Shown here piece after piece: positions 61,600 through 64,000 of a DNA stretch of 64,000 bases. The stretch's first letter is position 1. The number at the start of each line of letters is the position of its first letter. Below the pieces are notes generated by a model. The model did not search any database. It saw nothing but the letters and a program-made list of their open reading frames with translations, and was not told the origin of the DNA. Source of the stretch: Squalus acanthias (lineage: Eukaryota); assembly GCA_030390025.1 (NCBI GenBank), contig CM059425.1, forward strand, positions 162,938,001-163,002,000, in the 5' to 3' direction. The translations under genes and the position numbers were made by a program.

Positions 61600-63300
61600 C
61601 CTATAGCTGCGGTGCTCCTGCTTCGAGTCTGCCACCCTCAGTACATCGCATGCTTTCTGGATGCTGCAGGAAGTACGTGCGAGAGCGGCATCTTCTCGGT
61701 TCAGGGCCAGAGCAGCGCCAGGCTAGTACAGACACGGTTTGAATGAGAAATCACAAGCGATCCTACAGATCGCAAAGCTGGAGCAGTTTGCTAACTGCAG
61801 CCTGACAGCGATCCCTGGAATACCTTTCCGTATTATTCCCAGTGTAAATGATCCCTGTACTGCTTCAATTCGCTTAGACTTGTAACCCCGCCTCTCCCGC
61901 TGCTCTGCCGCTTTACCCGGTTTGACAAGTGACAAAAAGTGTGGGATCTCCCTCAGGCAGGATCCCCCTGTCTGATCCCCCGAGGGCTGCAGCTTCTCCC
62001 TGTCTTCCCTCTCTGGATGGAAGCCCAGTGTGGGATGAAGCCCAGTGCCACTCAGATTGGATGCGTGTCTGTGGAGAAAGTTGCTGCCTGTTCAATGCGG
62101 GCTGCGGTGGCAGGCAGCTGCCGCCTAGTCCAGATTATTGGCCACTGACCTTCACATATTCCGACTGAAAGGCCCGGGCGGGGTCGCCCCTGGACCGGGT
62201 CCAGCGCTTATTACAGAACAAGCTGCTACTCGGGCAGCCGGGATACATTAACACTGCGCCAAAAGCGGAGCTGTCACTTGGAGCCATGGCAGTGGTTACT
62301 CACCGCCGCCGCCGCTCCGGTCTGACTGCACGTCTCCTGCCCCTCGGCAGCCTTTACCATCTTCAAGCATTCGGATGCGCCCAGGGACGAGCTCTTTTGG
62401 TGTGTCCCTGAGAACAAAACGCTGGCAAAAACAGCTTTCTCTCTGTGCGGGGTGACCTGTTTGGATCCTGAGGCCAGGGGGCTGGCCAGCTTCAGCCCAG
62501 CTCGGGACTCCTTCTGCCCCCTCGATGCCGTGCTGTCACTCGGCCCCGAACAGCACAGGTTGGGCTGAGAGGTCGAGAAGACACGGTCCAGCGCCTGCCT
62601 CCGCTTGCTTTTCAAATTCACTTTCCCCGCTGTTTCTTTCTTAGTTTCGCCCTTCTGGTCAGATGCGAATTTAGAGCCGAGAAACGGCCTGGTCCTTTGG
62701 AAGTGTTTCCGGAGGCGAGTCTGGATGGAGTGGGATTCTTGCTTGTAGTAAGTGTCGGTGTCGGTGACCTCCTCCATTCTGCTGCAGTCTGCTCCGATCC
62801 TGGGGAGGGACTGGATAGCTCCACAGAGCCGCCTCGCTAGGACTGATCGGGAACAACCTATGGTGAAAAGTTACGGATCTCCTTTGCTTTCCAGGAACTG
62901 TGGCAGTCTTTATCGGAATGCAACAGCTCTCGTTGCAGCGGAAGTCTACACGGATCTCATCCAACAACAATAATCGAATGAGAACTGCTTCAATCGAAAC
63001 CGCTCTTGCTAAAGCTGCATCCCCCGACAGCAGCAGTTATACATGGGACAAAGCTCCCGGGCTTGAGGAGAATTAGAAACAAATGGTCACGAGCAGGATA
63101 AAATGCTTAGATTTTGAAAGTCATTCTAAAGCAAACCACCCGACAGTGCTGGATACAGTTGATCCAAACGCCAAACTCGCCTCCTTTTATAGCGCAAGGA
63201 GCAACTTGGGAAGGAGCTGAACCTCCAACCAACCTGGAGCCTCGTTGACGGCTCAAGCCAGCACGTGTCGAAAAGGGGGCGGAACTCAAAAAAATAATTG
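61600..63300. promoter_or_regulatory. CpG island / promoter and 5' region of MCTP1
   Basis: Non-repetitive CpG-dense sequence around exon 1; GC box GGGGGCGGA near 63274; TATAAAAG on minus strand near 63184-63191. Confidence 0.6.
62304..62777 (-). CDS. MCTP1: MCTP1 (multiple C2 and transmembrane domain-containing protein 1), first coding exon, 158 codons, phase-0 donor
   Basis: KRRQALDRVFSTSQPNLCCS and HQKSSSL match the recalled MCTP1 N-terminus (KRKQVLDRVFSSSQPNLCCS, HQKSSSLPG); QTRLRKH resembles QARLWKN; donor GCG|GTGAGT at 62304/62303. Confidence 0.88.
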
Positions 63301-63662
63301 CTAAACCTGACAGATTCCATTTGAATGAAAACTAATGGCCCTCAATTCACGGTCTGTATGACGGTGTACTCTCATAGTACCCTGTTGCCATATCACTTTT
63401 GAAATTGACCGCAAGTTCAGGATGTCCGCATGCGCTTGCACACGCGTTAAATCCCGAACTTGCGATCTGTCAAGTTCCAACTCCACTTTGGCTTCGCTGC
63501 ATGTTTCACCCCCTCATTCAAATCAACGTGTTGCTGAAAAGTTGGGCTAATTGCCCACCCACTGCGCATTAATTACCCTGAAAATTTTTATGTCTGGTGC
63601 AAACAGGCGCAGGAAGCCTGTTGCACAGCGTAAGGGGAGGGGGCTGAGAAAATTATATATGT

Positions 63663-63824
63663 TGAACCAAAAACAGAAAATGCTGGAAACACTCAGCAGG
63701 CCAGGCAGCATCCGTGGACGAGTTCTGACGAAGGATCACAGACCTGAAACGTTAACTCTGTTTCTCTCTCCACGGATGCTGCCTGGCCTGCTGAGTGTTT
63801 CCAGCATTTTCTGTTTTTGGTTCA
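63663..63824. mobile_element. Palindromic Penelope-derived insert, 56-bp perfect inverted arms enclosing a hammerhead
   Basis: 63663-63718 is the reverse complement of 63769-63824. Confidence 0.8.
63720..63758 (+). ncRNA. Minimal type I hammerhead ribozyme (second family)
   Basis: GAGTT-CTGACGA-AGGaTC-aca-GACCT-GAA-ACGT-T-AACTC: 5-bp stem I, stem II with one bulge, palindromic ACGT helix III. Confidence 0.72.
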
Positions 63825-63905
63825 GATTGCAGATAAGGTGTGATATTCATCAGGCGGGGCAGAGGGTATTTAAAAAATATTAATAAATTTAATTAATTAC
63901 ATAGA

Positions 63906-64000
63906 ATGGGAGAGCAGGTGATGTGTTACTGCTGCAATATGTGGGAGCTGGTGGACACCATTGATGCTCACGGTGATCACATTTGCAGTAAGTGTTGGCT
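63906..64000 (+). mobile_element. Start of CR1 ORF1 (zinc-finger N-terminus), runs off window
   Basis: MGEQVMCYCCNMWELVDTIDAHGDHICSKCW: CxxC-x-MWE...HICxKC pattern typical of CR1 ORF1. Confidence 0.65.

Noticed and set aside
62274..62303. Last codons (VSNHCHGSK*) of track ORF 62274..62777
   Set aside because: Read-through into the intron past the GTGAGT donor.

Overview
This is a eukaryotic, repeat-dense vertebrate window. The repeat spectrum (CR1, L2/Deu-type SINE tails, GC-rich Harbingers, palindromic Penelope-derived inserts) suggests a cartilaginous fish; that assignment is inference. The only host gene recognised is coding exon 1 of MCTP1 (minus strand, 62304-62777, in a CpG island), so everything to its left is probably a very large intron 1 filled with nested transposons. 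Main highlights: (1) an apparently intact autonomous two-gene PIF/Harbinger (36439-40530) with a 386-aa DDE transposase, a 3-exon 459-aa Myb/SANT partner, TIRs and TSD, plus decayed relatives and many MITEs, one of them a chimeric deletion derivative; (2) a young CR1 whose AUG-less ORF2 lies in the -1 frame directly behind a U_UUA_AAC slippery site at the ORF1 stop, suggesting programmed -1 frameshifting; (3) minimal hammerhead ribozymes with covarying stems in small Penelope-type inserts, including a head-to-head pair; (4) a non-TE ~150-bp inverted duplication bracketed by a 45-bp direct repeat. Boundaries of decayed repeats are approximate.
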